This document shows, in pieces, positions 30,806 to 40,227 of a DNA stretch of 64,000 nt (the stretch's first letter is position 1; the number at the start of each line of letters is the position of its first letter). The DNA is from an uncultured delta proteobacterium (lineage in GTDB: Bacteria; Desulfobacterota; Binatia; JACPRU01): NCBI GenBank assembly GCA_963745025.1, contig CAVUWD010000011.1, positions 288,001 through 352,000 on the forward strand, given 5' to 3'. Position numbers and translations under genes: made by a program. The notes below the pieces were generated by a model. The model ran no database searches. It saw only the letters and a program-made list of their open reading frames with translations, and was not told the DNA's origin.

Positions 30806-33043
30806 TCACACGTCGAAGACGAAATCGCCCGGCAGCTTCCAGAACTCGCGGTACTCGCGGCCCCAACGCTCGGAGAAGCCGAACACGTCGTTGTACATCT
30901 CCTTCACCTCGCGGCCGAGCTTCTGGCGGAGAAGCCTCTCCCGCTCCTTCGCCATCCATTGCTTCACGGGCACTGCGCGCCGCCCGCGTTCCTCGTGGCA
31001 CTCCGTGCGCGACTTCCGGGTCGCCTCCGCGTCGACTACGTGGCGCTTGGTCTCGGCATCGAACCGCGCCGCCACACGATAAACGTTCGCCGCGATTTCG
31101 ATCGACTGGATGCCGTTGTCGAGGTCTCGCCGCACGGCCTCGGGATCGCGCTCGATCGGGTCTCCGTAGCCACCGCCCGTGTTGTAGAAAAACTGGAAGA
31201 GATCGCCGGAGCGCAGCGGCTGCTCGAGAAAGACGCCGTCGACGATCTTGAACTCGCCGCGCACCCGCGTCGACATGTCCGGCCGGCGCGGGTCGCCCTC
31301 GACGTGAGGCAGCGGCTCCTTCCGCGCGATCCGCTCGCGCAGGTCGTTGTTCCTCGACACGTACTCGAACTTGGCCGTCGGTCCCGGATACCCGCCGCAC
31401 ATCCCCTGGTTGTCGAAGACCTTGTCGGAGTGGATGGTCGACACCACGTTGTAGAGCGGCGTCTTGTGGATCATCAGCAGCGAGCTGTAGGTCGCGCCCG
31501 CGCGGTACTTGCCGGCTCCCGGCGAGTCCCGCCAGATGCGCCGGCCCAGGTAGAGGATCGGCAGGGTCATCTCCCAAATCTCGACGTTCCCCATGTCCGA
31601 CTCGGGATTCCAGCCGACGTAGCCGCAGTCGATGCCGTCCATGATCCCGCGAGCGCCGCTGCCCTCGGCGGAGCACTCAAGGTTCTGGCCGCCGAAGCGA
31701 AGCCCGTACTGGTTGATGCCGCCGCCCTCGATGATCGGCGTGTTCACCTGTCCGAGGAACACCTCTTCACGGAAGCCCCGAGCCAGGAAAGACCGGCTGA
31801 TCATCCGCTGTAGCGAGCCGAAGCCCGGCATGAGCGAGCCCCACGCCGACGAGGTCGCCGTCATGTCGTCGCCCGGATTGCACCAGCTTCCGGGCGGGCA
31901 GATCATGCGCGTGGCAAACCAGCAGCCGTCGTTCACCTTGCCGTCGAAGTCGATGAACTGGGTCAGCGTGACGAAGAAGCCGCCGTCCATCGCCGCCGGC
32001 GGGCAGTTGTACGGATTCCACATCTTCCGCCCCGCGCCCTCGTAGTCGATCGTCATGAAGCCCTGACGGTCGATCGTCATCTCGAGGGGGATGTGAACGA
32101 TGCAGTTGCGGCTGAGCGGCGAAGCGCCGGCCTTGCCCTCGAAGAGATGCCCGGCGTGGGCGGCCGATCGGTAGCGACCGGGCACGGTCAGCATCTTCAT
32201 GCGCTGGAGGTGCGCACGGCGGCCTTCCTCGATGATCTCGCGGATCGCCCGCTTGTAGTAGTCGAGCCCGTACTGCTCGACCACCTCGAGCACCTTCTCG
32301 CGGACGTCGAGACAAGCGCTCACCATCGCCTTCTCGTCGAGCACGAAATAGACGGGCGTGCGCAGATTCATCTCCGCGCGCACGAAGAAGTCGCGCCGGA
32401 TCTTGTCGTTGACGGCGACCTTCTCGGCGCTGACGATCATGCCCTGCCCGAAGCGCTCCGCCGTGGTCGTCTGGTTGGCGCCGCCGAAGACGCCGCCGAT
32501 CTCCAGCTCGTGCGCCACCGCGCCCACCCAGCCGATCAGCTCCTTCCCGTGGAAGATCGGCATGACGTTCATGAGGTCCGGCGGATGCACGTCGGACACG
32601 AAGGGATCGTTGTTGGCGAAGACGTCGCCGTGGGCGATCCCCGGGTCCGACTCGTAGTCGCGCTCGATCATCCATTGGATGAAGCGGGAGAGCGTGTGCA
32701 CGTGCACCATGATCCCGGTCGAGAGGACCACGCTATCGCCCTCGGGGGTGTAGAGCGCGACCACCGACTCGCCGACCTCGCGAACGCCCGGCGAGGCCGA
32801 GATCTTCTTCGAGGTCTCGCGCGCGTTCACCACCGCCGAGCGCAGTCGCGCGTGCAGGCTCTCGTAATGGAGGTAGTTCTCCGCCTTCAGGCGAAGGTCG
32901 GAGATGCCGTGGTAGTGGCCCGTCTCGTCGAGCAGCTCGCGGTTTCGCGCGAGCGCCGTGACGAGCGTCAGGCCGTCCGGGCCGATGCCGCGCCGCTCGG
33001 GAGGCGCCTCTGCCGTGGTTTTGGTCGCCATCTCCATGGCCAT
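30806..33043 (-). CDS. acxB: Acetone carboxylase-like alpha subunit (hydantoinase B/oxoprolinase family)
   Basis: STGIMVHV, NNDP...VHPPD, AHELE, WNPESDMG, GGGYGDPIER. Confidence 0.88.
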   Translation of the reverse strand: MAMEMATKTTAEAPPERRGIGPDGLTLVTALARNRELLDETGHYHGISDLRLKAENYLHYESLHARLRSAVVNARETSKKISASPGVREVGESVVALYTPEGDSVVLSTGIMVHVHTLSRFIQWMIERDYESDPGIAHGDVFANNDPFVSDVHPPDLMNVMPIFHGKELIGWVGAVAHELEIGGVFGGANQTTTAERFGQGMIVSAEKVAVNDKIRRDFFVRAEMNLRTPVYFVLDEKAMVSACLDVREKVLEVVEQYGLDYYKRAIREIIEEGRRAHLQRMKMLTVPGRYRSAAHAGHLFEGKAGASPLSRNCIVHIPLEMTIDRQGFMTIDYEGAGRKMWNPYNCPPAAMDGGFFVTLTQFIDFDGKVNDGCWFATRMICPPGSWCNPGDDMTATSSAWGSLMPGFGSLQRMISRSFLARGFREEVFLGQVNTPIIEGGGINQYGLRFGGQNLECSAEGSGARGIMDGIDCGYVGWNPESDMGNVEIWEMTLPILYLGRRIWRDSPGAGKYRAGATYSSLLMIHKTPLYNVVSTIHSDKVFDNQGMCGGYPGPTAKFEYVSRNNDLRERIARKEPLPHVEGDPRRPDMSTRVRGEFKIVDGVFLEQPLRSGDLFQFFYNTGGGYGDPIERDPEAVRRDLDNGIQSIEIAANVYRVAARFDAETKRHVVDAEATRKSRTECHEERGRRAVPVKQWMAKERERLLRQKLGREVKEMYNDVFGFSERWGREYREFWKLPGDFVFDV

Positions 33044-33050
33044 CACTCCT

Positions 33051-35192
33051 TTACCTTCCGCGAAGCCAGAAGAAGTTCCACTCGTCGATGTCGATGCGCT
33101 TGCCCTCCGGCACCACCAGCGTCGTCGCCGGATGCTCGATGATGGCCGGACCCGTGACCCGATTGCCGGGCTTTAGAAGCTCCATCTCCCACAGCGAAGC
33201 CGGCAGCCAGCGTCCCTTCCAGTACATGTTGCGCGTACCCTTGTGGGCCTTTCGCTCAGGCTCCGTGGAGCCGAGCGGCTGCTTGACGATGCGCGGCTTC
33301 ACCTTCTCGACCGAAGCGAGAAGCCCGAGCTCGAAGATCTGGTAGCCGGCGCCCTCGTACCGTGCGACGCGCGAGTTGATCTTCGAGTAGAGGTCTTCCC
33401 AGGCAGCGATCAGCCGGTCGACGTCGGCGGCCGTCTTCAAGCGCGGGGCCGGCGAGACCACCTCGAGATCGCTCAGCTGCCCGCCGTAGCGCACCATCGC
33501 GAGCTGCGTGAAGCGGATCTCGCGGCCGACCGCGATCTCGGCGGCCATCTCGGCGCGCGCCGCTTCTTCCATCTCCTCCCAGATCCTGTTGACGGACTCG
33601 GCAACCGCCCGCTTGGCTTCCTGATCCGCGCCGGACGGCAACCCGAGATGGACCGAGCGAGCGTAACGGTGCTGGTAATCGGCCGTCGTGCACCCGAAGG
33701 CCGAGAAGGCCGCGGCAAAGTGGAAGGTCAGCACGCCGCTGAAATCGAGCCCTTCCGTATAACCCGCGAGGTGCAATGGGCCGGCTCCGCCGTAGCCGAA
33801 GAGCGTGTACTGCGTGGTGTCGAGACCGCGTGCCGAGGCGACCGCGCGGATCGCGTCGCGCGCCTCGCGCTCCATCATGCGGACGATCGCCTCCGCTCCC
33901 GCGTATACGTCGACGCCGATCTGCTCGGTCACCTGCTCCTTCAGCGCGCGCAGCGCGAGCTCCTTGTCGAGCTTCTGCTTGCCGCCGAGGAAGTAGTCGG
34001 GATTCAGGTAACCGAGGACGAGATCGCAGTCGGTGATCGTGACCGTCGTGCCGCCCTTGCCGAACGAGACCGGCCCCGGAGTCGACCCCGCGCTCTCCGG
34101 ACCGATCTGCACCTTCTTGGTGACCGGATCGACCTTTACGTAGCTGCCGGCTCCCGCGCCGATGTTCTCCATGGCGATCGTAGGTAGGTTCAACTTGAAG
34201 CGCGCCAGCACCGGCTCGGCCTCCACCGGAACGTACCCCGCGGTGATCGTTCCGATGTCGAAGCTCGTGCCTCCGAGGTCGGTGACGATGATGTTCTGCA
34301 TGCCGGTGAGGTCGCTCAAGTGCTTCGCGCCCATGACGCCGCCGACCGGCCCGGAGATGAGCGTCTCGTGCAGGCGTGGATAACGGATGTTGCAGAGGCC
34401 TCCATACGCCAGCACCGTCTGCAGCGGGTAGCGGTAGCCGCGGCTCTGCACCGCCTTCTCGACTTTCTCGAGCTGGGTGCGCACGGGAGCGACCGCGTAG
34501 GCCTCGATCAACGCCGCATTCAGCCTCGAGTTCTCGCGGATCACCGGGCGGAGATCGCTGCCGAGGTACACGGGTACGTCGCCGTTCCGACCCATCCGCA
34601 CGCTCACGCCGTGGATGATCGCCTGCGCGCGCTTCTCGTGCTCCGGGTTCAGGTACGAGTAGAGGAAGTGGACGACGATCGCCTCCACCCCGTCGGCGAG
34701 AAGCTCTTCGGCGGCCGCCTCGACGTCGTGCTCATAGAGCGGGATCACCGCCTCTCCGAAGACGTCGATTCGCTCGGTGACGCCGTGGACGTGGTGGCGG
34801 TCGACGAGCGCCGAAGGATGCACGTGCGTCACCGCGTGGATGCGATCCGAGTAGGAGTACCCCGTCCAGCTCTGCATCCCCCGGCCCATCAGGACGTCGT
34901 CCTCGAACCCCTTGGTGGTGATGAGGCCGACCTTCTGGCCGCGACGCGTGAGCAGCGTGTTGACCATCGTCGTGCCCGAGTAGAGCGCGACCTCGAGCTC
35001 CGGATAGAGGGATCGCTGGTCGATTCCCCAGTAGGACATGGCGTCTGTCGCCGACTCGAGAAATCCGAGTGATTCGTCGTGCGGCGTAGTCGCGGCCTTG
35101 CCGACGGTGAAATCGCCGTTCTCGTCGACGATGAAGGTGTCCGTCATCGTTCCGCCGGCATCGATTCCGAGCACTAAAGGTTTCCGAGCCAC
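33051..35192 (-). CDS. acxA: Acetone carboxylase-like beta subunit (hydantoinase A/oxoprolinase family)
   Basis: GIDAGGTMTDTF, SGPVGG, DLGGTSFD, GAGAGS, YGGAGPLH, AAFSAFGC, GPAIIEHPATT. Confidence 0.9.
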   Translation of the reverse strand: MARKPLVLGIDAGGTMTDTFIVDENGDFTVGKAATTPHDESLGFLESATDAMSYWGIDQRSLYPELEVALYSGTTMVNTLLTRRGQKVGLITTKGFEDDVLMGRGMQSWTGYSYSDRIHAVTHVHPSALVDRHHVHGVTERIDVFGEAVIPLYEHDVEAAAEELLADGVEAIVVHFLYSYLNPEHEKRAQAIIHGVSVRMGRNGDVPVYLGSDLRPVIRENSRLNAALIEAYAVAPVRTQLEKVEKAVQSRGYRYPLQTVLAYGGLCNIRYPRLHETLISGPVGGVMGAKHLSDLTGMQNIIVTDLGGTSFDIGTITAGYVPVEAEPVLARFKLNLPTIAMENIGAGAGSYVKVDPVTKKVQIGPESAGSTPGPVSFGKGGTTVTITDCDLVLGYLNPDYFLGGKQKLDKELALRALKEQVTEQIGVDVYAGAEAIVRMMEREARDAIRAVASARGLDTTQYTLFGYGGAGPLHLAGYTEGLDFSGVLTFHFAAAFSAFGCTTADYQHRYARSVHLGLPSGADQEAKRAVAESVNRIWEEMEEAARAEMAAEIAVGREIRFTQLAMVRYGGQLSDLEVVSPAPRLKTAADVDRLIAAWEDLYSKINSRVARYEGAGYQIFELGLLASVEKVKPRIVKQPLGSTEPERKAHKGTRNMYWKGRWLPASLWEMELLKPGNRVTGPAIIEHPATTLVVPEGKRIDIDEWNFFWLRGR

Positions 35193-35464
35193 CGCCCTGT
35201 CTCCTCTTCGCGCCGGCGCCGCGCTGAAATCACGGCGTCGCTTCGTTCACCCGTCAGACCATAGTGGCAACTGCCATGGCGCCGGAAGAAGTGTCAAGGC
35301 GAGATGTCGCTGCCCTCGAAGCGAGAACGATTTGGTTCTTCCGGTCGGTCGAGAGCTTTGACCGGCGCCGGCTGCCCGAGGTATTCGCAGCGCGCGGCGT
35401 CGTAGCGTCCGGTGCGGCGACTCTCGGGCGATTCGAAGATCCGTCGCGGTCATGGAGGCAGAGG

Positions 35465-36121
35465 ATGGACGTCCGGGCAGTGTGCATCTCGCGGACGATC
35501 GCCGCCGGCGGCGAGGCCGTCGGCGAGCTGGTCGCCCGTCGTCTGGAGTTTCGCTACGTCGACGAGCAGATCGTCGCGCTCGCGGCAAGGGAGGCGCAGG
35601 CCGATCCCGCGCTGGCCGCCGCCGCGGAGCACCGACAGCCTCTTCTGCAGCGCCTGCTCGAAACGCTGCCGAGCGCGCGCGGCCTCGCGAGCGCGGCGAC
35701 CCTCGCCACGGGCGTGCCGTTCGACGCCTTCGCCGGCGCCGCCTCCAGCGGCCGCGCCGTGCCGGAGGACATGCGCGTGCTGATTCGCGCGGCGATCCAC
35801 GAGGTGGCCCGCGCGGGTCGAGCGGTGATCGTCGCCCATGCCGCGTCGATGGCCCTCGCCGGAGTCGAAGGCGTATTGCGCGTGCTCGTGACCGCCCCGA
35901 TCGAGGTACGCGCCCGGCGCCTGGTCGCCGCGGAAGGACTCGCTGGGGCCGAGGCCGAGGCGGCCGTCGCCTCGTCCGACCGGGAGCGGCGAGACTACCT
36001 GAGGCGCTTCTACGCCGTGAAAGAGGAATTGCCGACGCACTACGACGTCGTCCTCAACACCGAGGTGCTCACCACCGAGCAGGCGGCCGCCGCGGTCGTC
36101 GCGGCGGCGCGCGGGCTGTGA
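35465..36121 (+). CDS. Cytidylate kinase-like family protein
   Basis: VCISRTIAAGGEAVG.LVA.RL, LRVLVTAP..VR, SDRER..YL, HYDVVLNT. Confidence 0.85.
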   Translation: MDVRAVCISRTIAAGGEAVGELVARRLEFRYVDEQIVALAAREAQADPALAAAAEHRQPLLQRLLETLPSARGLASAATLATGVPFDAFAGAASSGRAVPEDMRVLIRAAIHEVARAGRAVIVAHAASMALAGVEGVLRVLVTAPIEVRARRLVAAEGLAGAEAEAAVASSDRERRDYLRRFYAVKEELPTHYDVVLNTEVLTTEQAAAAVVAAARGL

Positions 36122-36239
36122 GCGCGGGCGGCGCGCCGCTTGACGCCGCCGTTCGATTGGATTTGTGTTCCCCCTGGGTTAGAGATTCGGCGTCTTGAGC
36201 AGATCCTCTCCGGCCAATCACGTCCGGCGCATCCGTCCC

Positions 36240-37337
36240 ATGGCGCTGGAGGCGCGCCTTGCGGGACCGCTCACCGTCGCCCTTCGTTCGGACGACCGAG
36301 CGGTGGCGGAGTGGCTCATCGAATTCCTCCATCCGTGGTTCGTGCCCACCGCGGGAGCCGCCGAGATTCAGGTTTCGGTGTCGAGCGCGGAAGGTGCGTA
36401 CGCCGAGCTCGACGTTCGGCGCCCACTCGACGCGGCTCCCCGCGCCTGTTTTGCCTTGGATCAACAGGTGGTCTCACTGCCCGCCTGGTCCACCGAGGAA
36501 GGCATAACGGTCGCGGACCCGAGGCGCTCGTGCTTTCTCGTCCTAGCCCCACGCCAGATCGCCCTCTTCGGCGACCCGACCACGCGACGGTGGCGGTTCA
36601 CCCTGCAGCTCGTCTTCCATGAAATCGCAGCCACCCGGGCGCGCCGCACGGACCTCGATCTCCATGCCGCCGCCATCGAAGCCGGCGGCCGTGCAGTCGT
36701 GATCGTCGGCCCCAAGCGCGCCGGCAAGACGACGCTATCTTTCCACCTCTTGCGCTCGGAGCGCTGCCGTTGGATCGCCAACGACCGCGCGTTCGTCGGA
36801 AACGCCGGTAGGGCGGCGTTCACGATTCGCGGGATGCCCACGGCGGTGAAGATCCAGCCGCCGATGCTCCATGAGTTTCCCGAGCTGCGGCGAGGGCTCC
36901 GCAACGTGGAGCGGCCGTATCTCCACGCCGTCAACGAGGTCGCCGGCGCAAGCCTCGGCGAAGAGCTCGACGGGTCGGTCGAATTCGCGTTGAGCCCGGC
37001 GCAGCTCGCGCGGCAGTTGAAGGTGGAGCCGCTGGCCTCGGCGCCGTTGGCCGCGATCGTCTTTCCGCAGATCCGCCCCGAGACGGCTGGCTTCGCCGTC
37101 GAGCGGCTCGACACGGCGGAGGTGAGCGCCGGAATCTGGGCGAACCTCTACGGCAAGCCTTCCGGCCGGCACGAGCCGACCCTGTTCGAGGAGCTCGACG
37201 GTGGGACGCGCGCTTCGCGGCGAAGCCTGGCGGATGCGCTCTCGGAAATCGTTCCCGGCTACCGCGTCGTTCTCGGCCGCGACGCCTACGCCGCGCCCGA
37301 CTTCGCCGTGCGGTTGCTGGAAACCGTCCTGCCGTGA
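36240..37337 (+). CDS. HPr kinase-related P-loop kinase
   Basis: LHAAAIEAGGRAVVIVGPKRAGKTT and IAND, HprK-like signature; alternative TTG start at 36195. Confidence 0.8.
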   Translation: MALEARLAGPLTVALRSDDRAVAEWLIEFLHPWFVPTAGAAEIQVSVSSAEGAYAELDVRRPLDAAPRACFALDQQVVSLPAWSTEEGITVADPRRSCFLVLAPRQIALFGDPTTRRWRFTLQLVFHEIAATRARRTDLDLHAAAIEAGGRAVVIVGPKRAGKTTLSFHLLRSERCRWIANDRAFVGNAGRAAFTIRGMPTAVKIQPPMLHEFPELRRGLRNVERPYLHAVNEVAGASLGEELDGSVEFALSPAQLARQLKVEPLASAPLAAIVFPQIRPETAGFAVERLDTAEVSAGIWANLYGKPSGRHEPTLFEELDGGTRASRRSLADALSEIVPGYRVVLGRDAYAAPDFAVRLLETVLP

Positions 37338-38200
37338 CGATCCCAGGCCCGCCCGAGGTATCGCGAGACGTCGAGGAAGCGCTCGATCGACACGGCCTGC
37401 GCCCGCGGCGAATCGAGCTCGTCTCGCCGCTGCGCGAGCGGAAGGGGATCCGCTTTGCGTACCGGGTGGATGCCGACGACGGCCGAAGCATCAAGGCGCG
37501 ACACTTCGGAGCCCCCGAGGACGCGCGCCGCCACTTCGAGCTGCGCGCCGGCCTGGAAGCGGCCTTCGCGCCGGCGCTAGCCAACTACGGGTCCGTGGTC
37601 CTCGAGGAGTGGGTCGAGGGCGCGGCGCTCACCGAGCTCGACGCGGACGCTCGGGCCGAAGAGGCCGGAGCGTTGCTCGGACGGCTGCACGCCCGGTCGC
37701 TCGGTCCGGAAGTTCCCTCCGTGATCCGTACCCGGAAGTGGATCGAGGGCGCCGAGTCGGACCTCGCGATCCTCACGAGCGCCGGCGCGCTCGCGCCCGA
37801 CGAAGCGGTTCGTCTGCGAGCCGAGATCCGTCGACGCGATCCGCGGTCGGCCCGAACGGCCCTCATCCACCTCGACTTCTGCGTCGAGAACATGCTGATC
37901 GATCCGCGAGGTGAGCTGCGAATCATCGATAACGAGTTGCTCGCCATCAATCCGGCGGGCCTCGATCTCGGACGCACCTTCCACCGCTGGCCGATGCCGG
38001 AGGCGACGTGGGGCCGCTTCCTCCGCGGCTACCGTTCCTCGGCCCCGAGCGAGCCGGAAGCGACCGGGTTTTGGAAGATCGTCGCGGCCCTGACGGGCAC
38101 GAGAGTGTTCCTTCAGCGAATGCCGGCGCGCGTCGATGCGTCTGTCGCGCTGCTTCGCCGCTTCGCCGAGGGCGAGAGCCTCGCGGATCCGCTGCCGTGA
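37334..38200 (+). CDS. Aminoglycoside phosphotransferase (APH)-family kinase
   Basis: LEEWVEG, LGRLH, IHLDFCVENM, IIDNE; GTGA overlaps at both ends. Confidence 0.82.
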   Translation: MTIPGPPEVSRDVEEALDRHGLRPRRIELVSPLRERKGIRFAYRVDADDGRSIKARHFGAPEDARRHFELRAGLEAAFAPALANYGSVVLEEWVEGAALTELDADARAEEAGALLGRLHARSLGPEVPSVIRTRKWIEGAESDLAILTSAGALAPDEAVRLRAEIRRRDPRSARTALIHLDFCVENMLIDPRGELRIIDNELLAINPAGLDLGRTFHRWPMPEATWGRFLRGYRSSAPSEPEATGFWKIVAALTGTRVFLQRMPARVDASVALLRRFAEGESLADPLP

Positions 38201-38979
38201 CCGAATCCATCGTGGTCGTCTGCATGGGTGGGATCGGCCACGTGCAGATCCTCCTGCCGGTGATTTCCGGGCTTGCCTCTCGCGGCCGCGTCGTGCACGT
38301 GATGACCCGCAGCGACTTCCGGACCCAGGTCGAGGGCGCGGGCGCGCGGTTCGTCGACCTCTACGCGCACCGTCCGCTCGACGCGGTGGACGCGACGTCG
38401 ATTCCCTTCCCGAGCCGCTTCGTCACCTTCGCCGCGATGTACGACGAAAGCCTGTCCGATGAGATCGGCGCGCTCGCACCTGCCTTGATCGTCTACGATA
38501 CCTTCACGCTCGCGGGCCCGGTGGCGGCGCGGCGGCTCGGCATCCCGTACGTCAACGTCTGCCCGAACCACGCGCCGGTTCCGGCTCGCATGATCGAGGC
38601 ATTGCGGCGGGACCCGCGGGTAGCCGTTTCCGCCGAGTGCCATGCGGCCGTGAAGCGCCTGCAGGAAGTTCACGGGATGAGCGGCGCCAATCCGTTTTCG
38701 TACTACGAGGCGTTGAGCCCCTACTTGAACGTGTACGGCGAGCCCGCGGAGTTCCTCGACCCGGACGAGCGCGCAGCCCTCGCCCCAATCGCATTCTTCG
38801 GGTCGCTTCTGCCGCCCGTGCGGCGAGACGGCGCCATCGCCGGAGCATTTCCCCGCGGCCGCCGCGGTGCCATCGCCCCCCTCGGCGGCCGCTCTCGGCG
38901 CACCATCCCCCTAACGGCCCAAACGTGGAAAGCCGCGCCCGGCGCGGAGTTCCCCTCCCCTACCCCGCGAAATTGTTAG
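38197..38979 (+). pseudogene. GT1 glycosyltransferase copy A, C-terminal sugar-donor domain missing
   Basis: Homologous to 46019-47236 up to about 38856 (GAFPR), then unrelated sequence; lacks the HHG.NS..E motif. Confidence 0.85.
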
Positions 38980-39006
38980 CCGATTCCCCTCGCGTGGAAA
39001 TTCAGG

Positions 39007-39279
39007 CTAGCCGAGCGCGGAGCCCTTCCCCGCTCGATTCATGACGAGATCCGCCAACAGCTCGACGGTATCCATGCGACCGACGCGAATGTCCTCGGGC
39101 TCGAGGGTGAACGAGAACTGCTCCTCGAGGAAGGTGACGAGTTCGAGCATCGACACCGACGTCATGACTCCGCTGCTGATGAGCAACGTCGAGTCCTGGA
39201 GCGTTTCCGCTGCTTCGCCCAGGAGGAAGTTGGCGAGGATGAAGGAACGAATCGTTTGCCGAATTTCCTCGCGCGTCAT
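39007..39279 (-). CDS. Acyl/peptidyl carrier protein, copy A (intact)
   Basis: IRSFILANFL, LISSGVMTSVSMLELVTFLEEQF, DTVE. Confidence 0.88.
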   Translation of the reverse strand: MTREEIRQTIRSFILANFLLGEAAETLQDSTLLISSGVMTSVSMLELVTFLEEQFSFTLEPEDIRVGRMDTVELLADLVMNRAGKGSALG

Positions 39280-39340
39280 CGCCGATCACCCGTTGCCGTT
39301 CGAACGCCGCAGGAAGCTAGTTCTGCGACCTGCATCCTGT

Positions 39341-39428
39341 CAACGCTTCCACCAGTCCGGGCGGAGCCCCTTCACGAGAGAGGACATCGCCACCTCGACT
39401 TCGTCTTTGATGTGCTCCGGCACCTCGA
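39341..39428 (-). pseudogene. Rieske oxygenase 3' remnant (copy A)
   Basis: Near-identical to 49122-49209. Confidence 0.85.
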
Positions 39429-39430
39429 AG

Positions 39431-39670
39431 GTTCACGTCCTCGTCGATTCGTCGCGCGTGGCCCGTTGGCGCCTCGCGGCACCGTTCGCCGCTCCGGCGA
39501 TCCAGGAAGTGGCGATCCCCGCGGGTCTGCTCGTGGCTATGCGCCCATGCACGATCGATTTCCGCATCATGCGACCGCGCTCGCCCGCGTCCCTCGGGCT
39601 GAGCGCAGACCAGAGGCTGCTCGGCATCCATTTGAGCTCGCTTCGCCTCCGCCCGGGCCCCGTTGCGTAG
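39431..39670 (+). pseudogene. Nucleotidyltransferase gene 3' remnant (copy A)
   Basis: Near-identical to 51858-52097 (VHVLVDSSRVARW...GPVA*). Confidence 0.85.
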
Positions 39671-39699
39671 TCGGGCTCCACGGCGCTATGCGGACGAGC

Positions 39700-40227
39700 A
39701 TGGGCCAGGGGATGCTTCGAGGAAAAGTCGCCATCGTGACCGGGGCGGGCAGCCCGATCGGCACGGGCCATGCGATGGCGCTCGCGCTGGCGCGGGCGGG
39801 AGCGCGCGTGGCGTTGCTGGATCTCAACCGAGAGTGGCTCGCACAAAATTTCTGGGAAGTGCCCGTGGCCGCCTGGGACCGGGCTACGGGCCGTCCAAGG
39901 CCGGGCATGAAGCTCTCGTCGCCCTCATGGCACACGAGCTCGAAGGCAGCGGCGTGACGGCGAACGTCCTGGTCCCCGGCGGTCCGACCAACACCAACTT
40001 CTTCGCCGCCGAGGCGAAGGTCGATCGGGCCGCCCTCATTCAACCCGAGGTCATGCAGGCGCCGGCAGTCTGGCTCGCTTCCGATGCCTCACGTGACGTC
40101 AACGGCCGACGCATCATCGCGTACTACTGGGATGAAAATCTGCCGCTCGGAGAGCGGCTCACCAAGGCAAGCGCGCCTGCGGCCTGGCCGCAGCTCGGCG
40201 AGCAGGCGAGTCACCCCACGCCCGTGA
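39700..40227 (+). pseudogene. SDR oxidoreductase copy A with two internal deletions
   Basis: Matches 52127-52972 but lacks about 52272-52459 and 52497-52629. Confidence 0.88.

Noticed and set aside
35260-35285. Sigma54 promoter for acx
   Set aside because: TGGCA is present but the GG-N10-GC spacing is not met on either strand.
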